This document shows, one piece after another, positions 26,276-39,600 of a DNA stretch of 64,000 nt; the first letter of the stretch is position 1; each line of letters opens with the position of its first letter. The notes beneath the pieces are model-generated. The model was not told the origin of the DNA. It searched no databases and saw nothing but the letters and a program-made list of their open reading frames with translations. A program made the position numbers and the translations under genes. Origin of the DNA: Iphione sp. A-MEVVRFRX5. Its lineage: Eukaryota. The stretch spans positions 152,644,001-152,708,000 of the forward strand of contig OZ320313.1 of assembly GCA_976226885.1 (NCBI GenBank). The letters are read 5' to 3'.

Positions 26276-28527
26276 CGAACTGTGCGCGGTCATAGTAGGA
26301 GTGACATTCATGGTACCCTCAGGGCTAACACATATACACAGTCATATATATGACATATGTATGACACATCTACAAATATAGTTGTTAAACATAACTACCT
26401 AATTGAACTATACACATCCATAATCACGGTGACGATTATAGTACTTACATGGCTTACATACACTGTTATTACCTTTTACATGCTGAACTCTGCAAGCAGA
26501 GCCAGAATGACTTATACGGTACCTACAGGACAAAGACACATAGTCAAAATTCGTATCTACACATTTCCCTAGCACTAACACCCTATCCAACAAATAGACT
26601 TGGCTTCAGCAACATTTAGATACATCATCTGAAAATAGTATAAGGAAATTTCATAAATCATTTATTGAAAAGGTTATGTAATGCGCATTCTATAAAGGTT
26701 GTTGTTCTTATTTTGCCTTTATGCATAGAGGGTTATCAGCCTTAGTTAGCAAAACCACCTAGTTTATTATTTAATGAATATGGAATGTTTAAAAATTCAA
26801 GTACCCTGTTGCGATAAACATACAAAATTATAAAAAAAACTCCTATATTTTTCAGGATATTAACTGAAGGTTTACCAATCCTGTCCACATATCAATGTGG
26901 GGCACAGGTGAATATCCCTGACAGCCACAATTACCACAATCCGTGACTATGCATACCGTTGCCAGGTGGAACAACCAGCACCATGTCAATATGCATCCTT
27001 CTGTTGTCTGCAGTAATGACGTCACTTCAGTTCGTTTATTCATGACTGCGTTGTGACAGGCTCTATAGAAATGTGGGTTTCACATGTCACTGGATTTGGT
27101 AATGAGAAGATGCTGTTCATGGTAATTGGCTATCTTTCTTGAACGTTAACTTTCTCATGGATGGCATCTGGTTCATAATCATTTGGTTGGTTCTAGTATT
27201 TACTCCGGCCACGAGTTCGTTAATAAAAATAACATGCCACTGACAATAGGAATCTAACATCAATATTCTCCCTTCAAGATAACCTAAATAATTCATCAGG
27301 CAAGACACGACAGGAGCTGCGAACAAAAGGCAATAACCTCCAACCCACACGACCAATTGACAGCAGACACTGACAGCTTCAAACGAACTAGCCGAGAACC
27401 AACGTGGGTGGATTTTGACCAGTAGGAGATTATTAAAACCCGAAACAGACAGCTACTATTGGGACTTTTGATGGCGAGTTTAGCTTCGGGACTGGGTGTG
27501 ACTGACGTTCACCTGTCTATAAAGAATACTGTCTTTAACTATAAAATCCCACTCAAATTAAGGAACGTCTGATGTGATATCCTTTCGCAAAACATGTATA
27601 CCTCACAAGGAACATATCTGTGTTGGTAAATTAGTATAGGGGCATAGGAGGATAAATACATATATGCTCCATACATGTGTGGCACACGAAAGAGTTCGTT
27701 AAGATTGGAACAAGAACATATCCTACTAGCATCCTCAATTGAAGGGCTAGCGCTACACATTGATCCAACGCCCATGCATGTCACATGACATGGTAGCATG
27801 TTACTAGGGAAACAACCCACATTGACGAGAGGTCTCTACCCAGGAAAGCTTTTTCTAGACGCACACACTGGCTGATTCTCAGAATTTGTCGCTGCAGCTG
27901 TCGCCGCCGCCGCTGCCGCTCTACTGCAGTATGCATAAATGTAAAACACGCTGCACTGTGGAACACGTAGGCATTTTTGCAAAAGCGATCTCCAGACATT
28001 ACGTAAATTCCGTATAATATGAGGCACGCACGGCACGCATGATGTACTTTACCCACACGCACCATCTAACGTTGGCTGTATGGCAGACATTAGCAGTGAC
28101 GAGTCTTTCACTACAACAACCATACCGAGTACCAGACATATACACTGACACACGCACACACACACACACATCAACGCCGTAAGAACAGTATAACGCATTT
28201 GCCTAACCTCCATCAGACACCACATAATAGGATAAGGATAGTATGTGGATAAGTCTGTGTTCCACTGAACACACAACTGCTGCCCTTTATTCTCAAACCT
28301 GCTGCTATCTCCATTCAAGCCCATAGCTGGAGATTGTACAATACAGCAATTTACAACTGCAATTCTGACGGAGATCGAGTTAAGAACAAGGTTGCATAAT
28401 CACTTCTGGCTCATATACTTCGAGATGCAGAGAAACAAATATATTCATAAGAATGTGATAAATATAGGTTGATATTTTTGGGCTGCTGTTGAATAGAGCT
28501 GCACATATATACTTCCTTAGTACTGAA

Positions 28528-29484
28528 CCCCTTAAAGACCACACATGGTACAATCAACCATATTTGGCAGATACTTTCAAGCCAGGGGCTAGACGATAAA
28601 TATTTCATGGATTTCTTTCAAATTTTGCTCAAAGAAAGATCATATCATGAGCTACCTGTGAATTCTTGAAATTACACAGGCTTAATTACCATGGAAAACC
28701 AGTCACATGATCAGGCAAAATAGCATAAAATACCTTGGTTGTACATATTTCTATACATATTTATGAATATAAAGTTTTACAAATGATCTAAAATGACGAA
28801 TTATGTGCATATGATTAAAATTCATAATTGCATGTTTGAGACTTTATCTTCGTAGTAAATCTGAAGCACTGAATAACTTTTTACTGAAGAAAATAGTGAA
28901 AATGAGAGTCATGATGACCTACATTAGGATACATTTTCATATATGAATACTATGTATTAATTCATACTTATTACATTTAACTGGAGTATGATGATACTGT
29001 TCTCTGTTACCTTCCTCCATAACAATTCTTAAAAAAATCAATGTTTCTTCATGAAAAGATATTTCTGACCGATATTTTCCATAAATTATAACTGTATCCA
29101 TTTTACTATCTCATGACGCCTCAAATTTACATCAATGATGCCATTGCTAATGCTCATACACAATTTTGTGATGATACCGATTACATTCGCAGCTATGCAA
29201 AATAGACAATACATATATTTAACCCTGATTTGTCACATATTTCAGAAAACAATGCAGATTTGTTGGAATTTTCATGTGAAATATGGTCTCTTTAAGCATA
29301 ACTGGTTACCATAGGAACCCAAATGGAAACAAAATAATAATATTTAAGCAGAGTAGAATTCCATACCTTTCAAATGATGTATGATTTGTCAGTATGCAAA
29401 GCAAATTGATGTCTCCTGGTAGAAATTTATCTTGAAATACTCCGTTTATAAAGGAAAGTCTTCGATTTTCTCTGCCCTAAGGAG
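28528..29484. mobile_element. Decayed piggyBac-type MITE related to the 57467 element
   Basis: Left end tgaa-CCCCTTAAAGACCACACAT aligns by eye with the first ~50 bp of the 57467 element; degenerate right end GCCCTAAGGAG-ttta; similar length, AT-rich. Confidence 0.55.
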
Positions 29485-29989
29485 TTTACTGAACAATGTA
29501 TCTCCAAAATGGTTTTAAAATATCAACTCTCAATACTGCATCACCAGACACTGCTGTTCAAATGAATTTGTGTCTCCAGGTCCACAATGTAATACTTCCA
29601 ATGTAGGTAGTTCTTCAGGTACGTGGTAAGGAATACTTGATACATCGAAAATAGGGAAATGACGGGGTTTTGACTACCTCTGTCTTTGTAGGCCCAGTGA
29701 AATAGATGAAGAAAATGACAGTAAATCTACGTTCTCTCGTAGTGTCATGCATTACTAGCAGATTTCGACGGCGAAGTTGCCAAGGGACATTGCAAGTTGC
29801 AATACAAACACATTTTCACATGTGTCTCTTTGTAATTTCAACTGATACTCTATACATTTAACAACAGAATACATTTGCCGTTTCAACCAAAGGGATGTGA
29901 TCATCTCGCTAGTATCGATGTATCAGGATCTAAACACCTACATCATATCATACACACTTAAGTCCCATCCCTAACCCCGACCTATCATC

Positions 29990-30500
29990 CACCCGCCCAC
30001 CTACTTCCCATCGGATCTCTTCTAATTGAATTAACACTACTGCTCACCAAACGCGATCCCGGAAATTGACGTACCCGACATCCGGCACCTAAGAGCGAGC
30101 AGGAAGAGGAAGGAGCCGACGAATAATTGTCACTTTCCATCCGCTGGCGGCTGCAGGGGTACAGGAGCGACGAGGAAGCGGGGTGAGGAGGGAGGCATGG
30201 GTGCTGGACAGAACGAGAATAACAGTTGGGGGAGAATGCGAGCTGGAAGGAATAGATGGACCTGGGCTTAAAAGACTGCAATCACTGAGAAATAATGCAA
30301 GCCCCTGTTAGTTGCTGTGTTGCTTAGCAATCGAGCGCCAATCATTAATAGTTATGAGTGATTCTGATAATGGAAGTAAATGGCGAGAGTCTCTGCTGGA
30401 GGAGCAACGGCTCCAAAGAGATCACCGCGAGATAGAAACCTGACGATGAGTGTGATACTGGCTGTTCATTGACGTCATAGTCTACCTAGGGTGAGGATGG
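29990..30500. promoter_or_regulatory. Promoter/enhancer-like island
   Basis: CCGGAA, X-box-like GTTGCTTAGCAAT 30319-30331, CCAATCA, AAATGGCG, perfect CRE TGACGTCA 30470-30477. Confidence 0.4.
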
Positions 30501-30803
30501 GAACTCGTCAGAGAAGCCAACACTTATGCCTTATAAGAGTTGGAAGTTATATTATTTCATTATCAAAGATATCTTGGTCTTTATGAAGGGTTGGTCTGCA
30601 GGTGCATTTCTGGTGTATTTAAAGATGGGGTCATATTCCCAGTAAACGGCTACCCATAAAGTGCGGCCAACCCTCACTACGAGCTCTAGGATTGCTGTTC
30701 ATGGAAGGTAACCATCCCCCCTCACCTGTACACATCGTTCCTGTTCAAACACCTGTTCCTCTAACAACTAATCCTGTGAGGTGTCACTCAGGGTGCCGAC
30801 GTG

Positions 30804-30817
30804 GTGCCCCCTGCCGG
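30804..30817 (-). promoter_or_regulatory. CTCF consensus site
   Basis: CCGGCAGGGGGCAC matches CCRSYAGRKGGCRS at 14/14 positions. Confidence 0.5.
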
Positions 30818-32233
30818 CACAGATCGATACTGTTCTAATAGCATAGAAACCCACGCATGCACGCACGCACCAACCTATCCATCCACCCATCGACAAATAA
30901 ATACTTAATCCAGACCGACTGGCTAGTTGGCAAGGGGCTATCCAACGAGAACAAATGAAAACGTCCGTTAGGTAAGGCTAAACGGTCTACTCAATTGTTC
31001 GTTAATGGTTCGGAAAGGGCAAGGCTGGGACTCATTTCTATTAGATCCCGATACCTGAAGGCTGGTTTGTTTTTCCTTATCACCACAGAGTCTACTTTTT
31101 AAAAATATCGACCTTAACATATATAAGCGTTCTTGTAATAGAGGATGATTCAATGGTTAAACCTCCAGTCTACAGGAAAGCATTGTTACACTGAAGGATA
31201 TTATTTGGAATAGCAGACATTCTAGATGCATATGAAACAGATGGTAAATGTTAGCTATTTTGTACCGTTTTGAGTGTTTTCTATGCGATTTGCAACTTTA
31301 AATATTATAGCATCGCTCAATCAGGCGTTATTGTAAGCTTATATGGTGCAGCACATGGCTTAGATTGACAAAAACGACTACAATGATTGTCACATGTCTT
31401 TTAACATAGAAACAGGAATAGTCAATAGTTATTTTTAAAACAAAAACACTTAACACTGTACCTATATATGGTAACCCTCAGCAAGTTTAAAAGTAAAAAA
31501 AAAGAAATCCATACGAAGGAATGTTATATAGCTCACGGGTGAGTAGGTAACTATACGGTTTAATCATCAGTAAGTCATCATGACAATTCAAGTTCCTGTA
31601 CGTGAGTGTAAGTGAGTATACAGTTAGAGGACGGCAACCCCGCCGTCCACCTAGAGAAAGCTGTGTATACGTCATCTCCCCCTGGCGGCGAACTTTGGCC
31701 CTAATCCATCCTGACAATAGGCCTCAATGGCCGGGGCGTAGAAGCACAAAAGAAGAGCAGAAAGCCATACCTTAGACAAGCATGGACCTGCCCTGGGGAC
31801 AACAGGTAGACAGTGAGAGCACTGTTAAAGAAAAACAGAAGAGGACAAGTCACTGTACATAGCATTCCACTTTTCTCATAGTGAAAATGACCTGAAGGGA
31901 AGAGACTTGTGTCCCTCCTATCTCAACAGTCATCAAGTAAAGGCCCTTACATGAACGAAAGACTACTCTGTTTCATTAGATGGATACCTGCATAAGAAAT
32001 GTAATTGCATGTACTTCTATTTTTCAATGAAAGTCTTAATTCCGCCTTTTCCCTAACACCTTGCTTTCGTATTAGTAAGCTTGACATGCCAGAACATTTC
32101 TCAGCAACATTTTCAAGTGGGAGTTCTGGCACACATCATCAAAAAACATTTTTACATTTGATGAATGTTTGTGTGGAAAAATCCTTTTAGCTGTATTTTA
32201 GAATAGCATACTCTGCCACGGCGGCAGATATGA

Positions 32234-32307
32234 GTCTCTGTGGCGCAATCGGCTAGCGCGTTAGACTGTTAATCTAAAGGTTGGTGGTTTGAGCCCACCC
32301 AGGGACG
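32234..32307 (+). tRNA. tRNA-Asn(GTT), variant or possible pseudogene
   Basis: 74-nt cloverleaf: acceptor GTCTCTG/CAGGGAC, D arm GCGC/GCGC, anticodon arm TTAGA-CTGTTAA-TCTAA, T arm GGTGG/CCACC, discriminator G. A box intact, B box GGTTTGAGCCC (C56 to T), TTTT just downstream. Confidence 0.9.
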
Positions 32308-35039
32308 GAGTATTTTGCCAATGTAAACCGATATTGCATATCTATGCCATCTGCTTGCATGGTGATAATGGTTGCAAATTACTTAAACTACCATACATGA
32401 TCATTAGGATATCTCGTGATTCATACAAACAACAGTGCAAAAGTTCACTCGGTCAGCAATATTTATGATTATAGAATACCTTTCAAAAGTATCGATGAAG
32501 ATGAAAACTGATGCGCAAAGTAGAAGTTTGTTTAATGGGTCTACCCTACACAGCCATTTCCTATAACGAGAGATTGACTGGAATAGCATACTGATGTTAG
32601 TAAGAGTGACAAAACCTTCCCGCAAAGGACTACTTCCTGTAAAGGTCAGTAAAGGCCTGGAATATATAGTGGTTGCTACACATAGCTCCTCCTGTGTGAC
32701 GGAATAGAAATATAGTTTCCTGGCACTATGTCACGTATTTGGCAGGTCTGATGTTATCTCTAATTTCTTGCCCATCGTCCAGCAGGAAAAAAGTCTTAAT
32801 TTCAATAGGCAGATTTAGGCATCAAAACAGTTATTTTAGTGCCTGTCTAAAGGAGTCAGGTAAACTTTCTCTCTCGAGGGTGAGACGGGATTACAGGCGA
32901 CTAACTAATTAACTCGTTATGAATAATATAATTTCTTCACCAAAATCCGCCATAAGACAGACTTTTAATTCAAGATGTAAGCATAAAGCAATGAGGCCTA
33001 CAATCATGAAAAAGGAATTTATTGGCAATCTGAAATAGCCATAGAATTTTGCATGCTGGTTAAGGTTCAAGGCATTCTCTTAATACCCGCACTGGGCAAA
33101 TTCATCAAAATCTCTATAGTTTGCAGTTAAAGACATATGTTAGTATATTCATCTTACTTCGACCCCATGGGGACCCTCATAAAATATCTCCTAGGAAGGC
33201 GAAGAGGTGAGCAGTGCTGAATTATGCAACTGGGTTTAAATATTACCATTTGAACCTATTCAAAGCTGGAGGAGGGTTGTTGCTCTCTAACTCCAACTGT
33301 ACTGGCTCACCTCCACCTTCAAACCAAAGCCCCCCTTTTCCATCTCTATGCCAGTCACCTCCCTACCTCGTCTTAACCGGGGCTTTGGCTCTGAATGCCA
33401 CAGACACGCACTTGCAGATCTCTGTTCTGTACTGGCTCATTGTTTGGACAACGAGCACCTGAATAAGTAATGATTTAGGCAGGAGGCTGTATGAACTCAC
33501 ACTGAATTAGTTGTCTATCAAATGTGGCTACGCCCCACAATGCTGCAAGCTTTGGCCTCGGGTAAAGTGCCTGTATCACTTGACTGACTCCGTACGGGGA
33601 GCCGCTGACAGGTGTGGCTCGTATGTTTGTGTGTTTGTTTACACAATTCCCTAAGACGGTAGAATGTTGTTAGAACATAAAGTGTGTAGCAGCAATATCT
33701 CCGTCGGGAATACTAAACATCCTTTATTGAAAACGTTTTGGCGAGGCTTATCACATTGTCGTACATACAATGACACATCAGTCATTGGTTTACTAAAATT
33801 TGTATTCATTACTCTCGTCAAAATTGAAAACTACAAACCTTCTGAAATATACTAACAAAATAGGTTCAATCTATGCCGAGTACCTGCGTCTTACGATTGC
33901 CTTTTTTCAGTTGTTTATATCATTCACCGTGTGTTTTTTTTATCAGACGTACCCGCACCCATACAGAGAAACCCCGGTCTTCTTCACCCTTGTCTCACTG
34001 CCCTTGCCAATTTCTTAATGTCACACGATATCCGGGACAAGTGTCGCTCCATATGAACTTTGAAGTATACATCAAACAAAGAACATCTGTTACACTCATA
34101 ACACGCCAACCGAGTACTCCAAAGGTCGTCATAAGAAACACAGCACCCATCTCCATCAATATTTACTCTATATTGTATGAGCTCTCCATGACAAATTGAA
34201 AGATTTACATGACTGGCCTGGTTAAACGCGTCTATCACTAACTCCTCTAGGGCAAAGGCTTGGAAGAGTCCCACCTCTAAAAGTCAGTCTGAGGACTGCC
34301 AAAATGCTTTTCTGATGAGCCAAATGCGAATAAGATTTATTGTATAAAGGCCTAACTAAACGTCAATCTAGGCCTGCCGGAAAAGGCTTACAATTAAATT
34401 AAAATATCTACAAGTTCTACCAAGATGAGCTTAAATCCAAGGACCTAACTGGAAAGTGCATCATAAATCCCTTCATGAAAAGACATAATAAGCGTAACTC
34501 CAATGGCCCATTTTAAAGGAATATTGGGAATCTTTACCGAAAACGCTACATTAAACCAAAATATTCAAAGTCCATATGAAAACACCTAAACTATGGTATG
34601 CAGAAGGGTACGTAGGGAAAAAGACACAGCAAGTATTAGCAGTTCAGACAATATGGCAACATGCTAGAAGACCGGATTGCAGACCTAATGATTGAAGTGA
34701 TCAGAAACATGAGATTTTACTACAGTTTTTGTCAGGTGTATATAATGACACTTGAAAATAAAATTATGTAGTGAGGTGATAGTGTCTCACAGAGAAAATT
34801 TGAAATATCTACGTAGCTGGAAAATAGGAGCGTCGATAGGTTGATAGGTAGAGATCAGGAATGAGATAGTGGTAGGACGAGCAGGAGAGATGGGTAGATG
34901 GCGGAGGAGAAAAGGCAATTAAGCGAGGGAGACTGTCTGCAGGCAGTAGATGCAGGTGAAGGGATGAAGGTTACGAGAGGAAGACAGAGGTTTGGAGAAG
35001 GCAGGGAAGGATAGGAAGTGTGTGCAGGAGGCAGGTGGA

Positions 35040-35600
35040 TGTGGCGCCTGAACGTAAGAATTCGGTGACTGCTTCAGCCGCCCCAAGTAGGACGGTTGAT
35101 ACGGTCCGTCATAATACATACGGTAGACTCTCTTTGTGGGCGGCGACTGCTGCAGTGTGAGGTGCGAGCCGCACCCGCCAGGTGTCACGCCATGCACCGC
35201 CGGCTGCCGGGCGACTGAGCGGGGCGGCGGCCTGGAGGCACTTCCTGCGAGTTGCACCTCCCCGCGCCCGGCGCCTGAGGCAGCACACGAGTCTGGGTCG
35301 GGGAAGGGCGCTGAGCGGAAGGGTTGGGGCCTCAACGCCCATGCTCTTATTTGACTCGGCCCGCCTTAGAACTCTCTTTATAAATCGCACTCGGGAGACG
35401 AAAAAGGAGGGGTCTGCCCACTTATATTATGACGTATTAAAAATCCATGGGAAACAATTAGACCCTCTTAAGCATGCGCAGGGTGGCCGCTGGCGAGCGC
35501 CGGACCATCCTTGGCGCGTGGTCCTACGGGAGGAGGAGCGGCGAACTTAGTAAGCGGGAAGGGCTTTGTGCGGGGAGAAAACTTGCGCCCGTCTCAATAA
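35040..35600. promoter_or_regulatory. CpG island, promoter/enhancer-like
   Basis: Very high GC/CpG content; GGGGCGG, NRF1-type GCATGCGCA (~35472), TTTATAAA (~35378), CTCF-like CCGCCAGGTGTCAC 35175-35188. Confidence 0.55.
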
Positions 35601-36299
35601 TATATATCTTAAAGTAAGGTAACACGAGGCCACGCGTGATTAGTGTTACAAACATAGGGGCGCAGCCGCTGAAAATACAGCCTTTCGTGAATAGGGAATA
35701 TTATGGTTCAATTTTACACCAAAGTTGGCCCCCAAGGTTGAACCAGGCTTCGACACCGAGATCAATGGTGTATATTGATTAAGAACTTCTGAAAGTCAGT
35801 CAGGAGTGTCAAAAATAAGACATCATAACATCATCAATGTGATATCAAGTTCAAAGTTTAAATAAGTTCAGTGTTGTTAGTTTAGTTCAAGCATATACAT
35901 ATACTCCATAATAATATATACTCCATAAGCATGAATGTAAGACCCGAATATCAGAGTCCCTGCACAGTTGCACTCTCCAGACGTGTACACATTTTTAAGA
36001 AACAGCTCAGATTATGGCCCAAAAGACATTGAGAGAAAAGACCATGCCATCTTCAGGAACGGAGAAATCGGTTCGCCCTAACCAGATATTCACCCACGCA
36101 CACGCCCAGCCGCAGTTATGGGCCTGCCAACATGGTGGATACGTCCATCGAAGAACTTCGTGAACATCACCCCATTATGTATGTAAACGACAGTGGGCTA
36201 AGTAACACTCTTTCAAAATGCTACCGACGCTGACTCTTTGGTCTACGGTTTTGTTTGGTAGCTTTTAATCTTTGACCCTTAATATTGTGAGACTGTACC

Positions 36300-36600
36300 G
36301 AGAGGTGCAAAATATTTGACGATGGCGGCCGCCGCAGACGCCGCATTCTCTTCTGCCAGAGTATAGATGGGCGTCTGACAGGTTACCAGGAACGACCGTC
36401 TGCAGCGCCTACCATCGGTAAATGGACATTAATGAGAAAATTAAACCGCCCGATGGCGGCACATCGCTGTCCGCCTCGCTGATTGGCCCAGAGCTTGTCA
36501 CGTGGTCTCTCGCGAGACCGGCTTTGGAGAGTTGTGGCTGGTACCGGTGCGGAGCCCTGCATGGCCCCGCCGGGCGGATCCCAGGGGTGCATGCGTGTGC
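36300..36600. promoter_or_regulatory. Promoter-like island with NF-Y, E-box, CGCG-element and YY1-like motifs
   Basis: CTGATTGGC near 36479-36487, GTCACGTGG near 36497-36505, TCTCGCGAGA 36508-36517, GATGGCGGC twice (~36321, ~36452). Confidence 0.6.
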
Positions 36601-36603
36601 CTT

Positions 36604-36630
36604 TGTGTGTGTGTGTGTGTGTGTGTGTGT
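36604..36630. repeat. (TG)n microsatellite
   Basis: Seen directly. Confidence 0.98.
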
Positions 36631-39600
36631 TTGTAGGTACGGCAGGAGTAGGTTCGCTGTGAAGAGGAGTACGAGTAGGGGCAGAAGGACTGTCAGTGTG
36701 GTACTAGCTTTAGACTTCCCCTCCCCCTACCACCAACAAACACCATCTAATGCGTTTCTTCTGTCGGTCTTGTCAGACGTCGGGGAGGGTTCATTTGGTC
36801 CAGCCTCTGAGCTAGCTAGTGACCGCACAAGGCTGATCCTTGCAGATCCTGACCCACCCCACTTTCCTCTATAGTACGGTGGAACAGCTCTCAAACAAGG
36901 ACTACTAGTGTAAGGTTTCAAGATCTGCTCAAAGTAACTCTAAACGTAAAACATACTAGGACATATGAAAGGCGATGTTAATCTGGTAAAACATGGTGGT
37001 CAGGAGACGTTATTGTGACTGAAAATTTGTAAAGTCTTTAAAAATTAAAGGAATTTTTCGATGTGTAGAATGACTGGTGAAGCAAAGAAATGCAAAAGGC
37101 AATTAGTAGAAAAACAGACTGGGAAAGCACCGAATACCAAAGAAATGTGGGAAATCATACTTGAAAATGCTGGAACAAAATATAATTCCCCCCAACCATT
37201 CACTTTGATATTTCAAGAAGGCTGTTTGTTGCAAACCCTCAAACACAAACACGTATACCGAAACATGTATATAGAAACATAAACACACACTTTTAAACAT
37301 TATCATTTGGTAAGGTAAAGCATATGTCATGGCATACTGACTTCATAGGTGAATAAATAATCAAAGATACGTCGATTGTTGTGTTTAATGTCGGAAGGAT
37401 AAATAAAATCTTTAAAAAGTGTTATGGATATTCATTTATCAGTGGTGATTAGTAATTTCTGAAGGACATTGTTTGGCCCAAATGTAACACCCCTTTTTTG
37501 TAGACCAAACACTCTGAAACTGTGAGGACATCCTACAGTGAAACAAAAAATATATACAGGGTGGTTGAAGTATCGACACCGCCGTCTCCTTGATGGACAC
37601 TAGCGGACCTATGATATTATCCTTGAATACGCATTATTAACGGTAAGAGAATAATTCATGTCCTTATTTCAGATCTTTATGTGGAACATTATGTGAGCTG
37701 TTGTGTGCTTGTGTCTATGCTAGAGTGCGTCTATGCACTATGCCTTGAGAACAGGGGCGTGAAAACAATGTATGGTCTGTCTGATTGGATCTTGTATGTC
37801 AGTTGCGTCCCACCCACGAACCTGGGCTCACTTAACCCTTGGCATCTTCTTGATCAACTTTCGCTGGTGCTAGAAATGCCAAGTAATCTGGTGGTTGGCG
37901 ACAGGCGGCAGGCGGCTGCGACCGGCGGTAAAACCCTCTAGAATGCTTGTTATTCCGCTGGAAATTGGTTGCTTTCCGCAATTAACCCCCCACCCCCGCA
38001 GTGGCAGCCTGCCGGTTTACTTACAGGTCTGCCTGGAGCAGCAGCCAGTAGGGAAGTGCTATGTGTGTTTGTGTGATTGTGTTTGTGTTTGTGTGTGCTT
38101 GTGACTGGAAGAGTGGGTGGGTGGATAGGCGGATCACTCTGACATCGGGGCGCATACTCGAGACACAGCCATGGCGCGAAGAAATGGAAATTCTTTTAAA
38201 AAAGAAATGAAGTAATTAAACAAAAAAAGCAACGTGTTTAGATTTGCCAAATGGAAACATTGACCAAGCTAGCCTCCTGCAGTGATGGCAATAAAAAATA
38301 CCCAGTAGTATTGATCGAGCGTAGTTTGTGCTACTTGAAAGCTAAAGAGATGGAAAGTAAATGCAAGTATTAAAGGGATATTCAGGGCGCAGCAACTTAA
38401 AATTACAAGGCTTGTTTATATGTAAAACTTAGTGTCACAAAAGCCTCAGCTGTGGTGATAAATGTTTTAGCTACCAAAATGTTACCATGTAAACGTGCGC
38501 TAGTATGAAAATACGTGGCTAAGGAAAAGCACAAGGGAGTAATAGAGGCCAATAGAGCACGCAAATTTCAACCTGTGAACATGTCCAAAGGATCCAAATT
38601 ACACTGAAAGTGTGGGTGTAGCCAGTGTGATCACGTTCTTCAATATGATCAAGGCATAGCAAGGCACCTAAGGTATGCCACAGATGGTAAAGGAGAGCAC
38701 GTTTCGGACATTTATCCATATGCAATTAGGGACCGCATAAGGCCATGTCTGCCAGTCATTGGCAGAACCATCAAATGTGTTTGCATTGGCTCTGTGTGGA
38801 AATACCAAACGGCCGGGACATTTTACAATGGTTGCTCGGTGACCTTTTTGCTGTAGCCATCATGCACTTCAGTTGGTAGAGTATCTTGGTAATGTCTACC
38901 TTTGGTAGCTTTCATCAGCCACTTCAACTCCTACAGTATTTCAGTATTGCTCATGGCTGCTGGCTTCTATGAGTGTTAGTTTGTATACTAACCGGTATTA
39001 GTAACTACTGAATGCTTAAACAAATTAGCCCAGAGGGTACAGTATCTTGGTCGTGGTGGCAACTGATAAAAACTAGGGCGCTTTCAGCTGCCCATGGCTA
39101 ACCGAGAACCAAATAAGACTATTTGGCTTCCACCAGACACTACGGTACCTACAGTATCTCAGTAATGGTTATGGTTGCTGGCCTTTTTCGTTATTTGAAA
39201 ATTGCCAACAACCACATTGGTAACATGAGGTGGGAGAATTTATCTGCATTACTCACAACTGCAGACTTCCGAATGTCATCTTACCTGAAACAGTATCTCA
39301 GTAATTCAGTGACGTAATGCTCTATGGGTGAATAGTGCATGAATGCGCAACCATGGGGGAGGGGGGCACGTAGTTCATTTATGCACTACCAAGGCAAGGG
39401 TTTCTGGTAATATATCAATGAAAACAAATCACAATTTTCATAATATTTGATAAGGTGCTACTAATGGATTTTGTCTAGTGTTACTGAGGTTAAACACATT
39501 TTTTATTGTTAGGTACTTGACTTTTATACTTTGATTTCTTGCATGCATCTTTAAACATTTTCTTTACAACTTACGTCTTTGTAACCATTGGCAATGAGGC

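Noticed and set aside
30354-30443. 29-aa ORF MSDSDNGSKWRESLLEEQRLQRDHREIET
   Set aside because: Length expected by chance; no supporting signals.
34238-34312. LTPLGQRLGRVPPLKVSLRTAKMLF resembling the DEAH helicase HA2 motif
   Set aside because: Bounded by stops, no splice signals, no other helicase motif nearby; likely chance.
38700-38800. Minus-strand WFCQ*LADMALCGP resembling a piggyBac Cys-rich C-terminus
   Set aside because: Multiple stops and wrong orientation relative to the 39800 remnant.
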